This document shows positions 17,161 to 17,524 of a stretch of 17,524 bases of DNA, one piece after another. Below the pieces are notes generated by a model, which saw only the letters and a program-made list of their open reading frames with translations, was not told the origin of the DNA and made no database searches. Positions within the stretch are counted from its first letter, which is position 1. Each line of letters opens with the position of its first letter. The stretch lies in NCBI GenBank assembly GCA_041736175.1, contig JBGSUI010000125.1, positions 1 through 17,524 of the forward strand, given 5' to 3'. The position numbers and the translations under genes were made by a program. The stretch comes from Oligoflexales bacterium (GTDB taxonomy: Bacteria > Bdellovibrionota_B > Oligoflexia > Oligoflexales > CAIYRB01).

Positions 17161-17446
17161 TAAACTAGCGGGGGAATTGATATATTATACTTGGATTTTT
17201 TTAGTAACCATATTTTTTATCAATTCAATTGGTGAAAAAAACTATAAGGCCGCTTTTTATTGCATAATTTTTTTAATAGTTCCAGTTTCTGTAAGGATTT
17301 ATAAGACATATTTAGAATCAAAAACAATTAAAAATAGTAAGCTAAACCAATTGGATATTTTGAAAGAAATGGATTTATTAAAAATAAAAATGAAGAGAGT
17401 CTTATCCGAAGCGCCCACCCAAAGACCAATTTTGGTTGATTTTTGA
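17144..17446 (+). CDS. Small two-TM membrane protein with a basic C-terminal helix
   Basis: Two hydrophobic segments (IYYTWIFLVTIFFINSI and AAFYCIIFLIVPVSVRIY). The start overlaps the helicase stop by 17 nt, with GGAGGAGGG upstream. Markedly AT-rich. Confidence 0.6.
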   Translation: MMKRLSKLAGELIYYTWIFLVTIFFINSIGEKNYKAAFYCIIFLIVPVSVRIYKTYLESKTIKNSKLNQLDILKEMDLLKIKMKRVLSEAPTQRPILVDF

Positions 17447-17524
17447 AAATGAGATCGAATCCCCCGTAACCGTGGGCGGTTTGGATAAGAGCCCAATGAA
17501 CTAAGCGCGCGAGCACAAAGCTAT

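Noticed and set aside
17447..17524. 'GATCGAATCCCCC' (tRNA T-arm-like) and the AACCG-TGGG-CGGTT hairpin
   Set aside because: No paired T-stem or cloverleaf; the hairpin is short with a weak U-tract; no IS end can be judged at the window edge.
1..17524. CRISPR array, tandem DNA repeats, rRNA or tRNA
   Set aside because: No regularly spaced direct repeats or RNA-gene signatures seen by eye.

Overview
Bacterial accessory-looking window with no rRNA, tRNA, CRISPR array, integrase or transposase that I can support. Left to right it holds: (1) an orphan C-terminal fragment of a UvrD/SF1 helicase; (2) a membrane-anchored J-domain protein lacking HPD, preceded by a perfect CCTATGAC-N7-GTCATAGG palindrome; (3) a minus-strand block: Sel1-repeat protein > ADP-ribosylglycohydrolase > single-chain two-lobed aspartyl protease > SAM methyltransferase, then a sigma28-type promoter, a 62-aa Arg-rich ORF, a protein fusing a FliA-like sigma region 2 to a degenerate WGR-like domain, and an unknown protein; (4) three divergent Cys-rich (lipo)proteins, two sharing an unrecognised 4-Cys domain and one carrying a proprotein-convertase P-domain; (5) a tight operon of an HTH-WYL-WCX regulator, a TM0106-type nuclease/RNase H-like/SF1 helicase and an AT-rich 2-TM protein. 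The best candidates for new biology are the WYL-nuclease/helicase-2TM operon (defence or DNA-damage response), the sigma2-WGR-like fusion with its upstream sigma28 promoter and Arg-rich peptide, a possible dispersed WYL regulon, and the novel paralogous lipoprotein domain. All family calls come from motifs read by eye; no searches were run.
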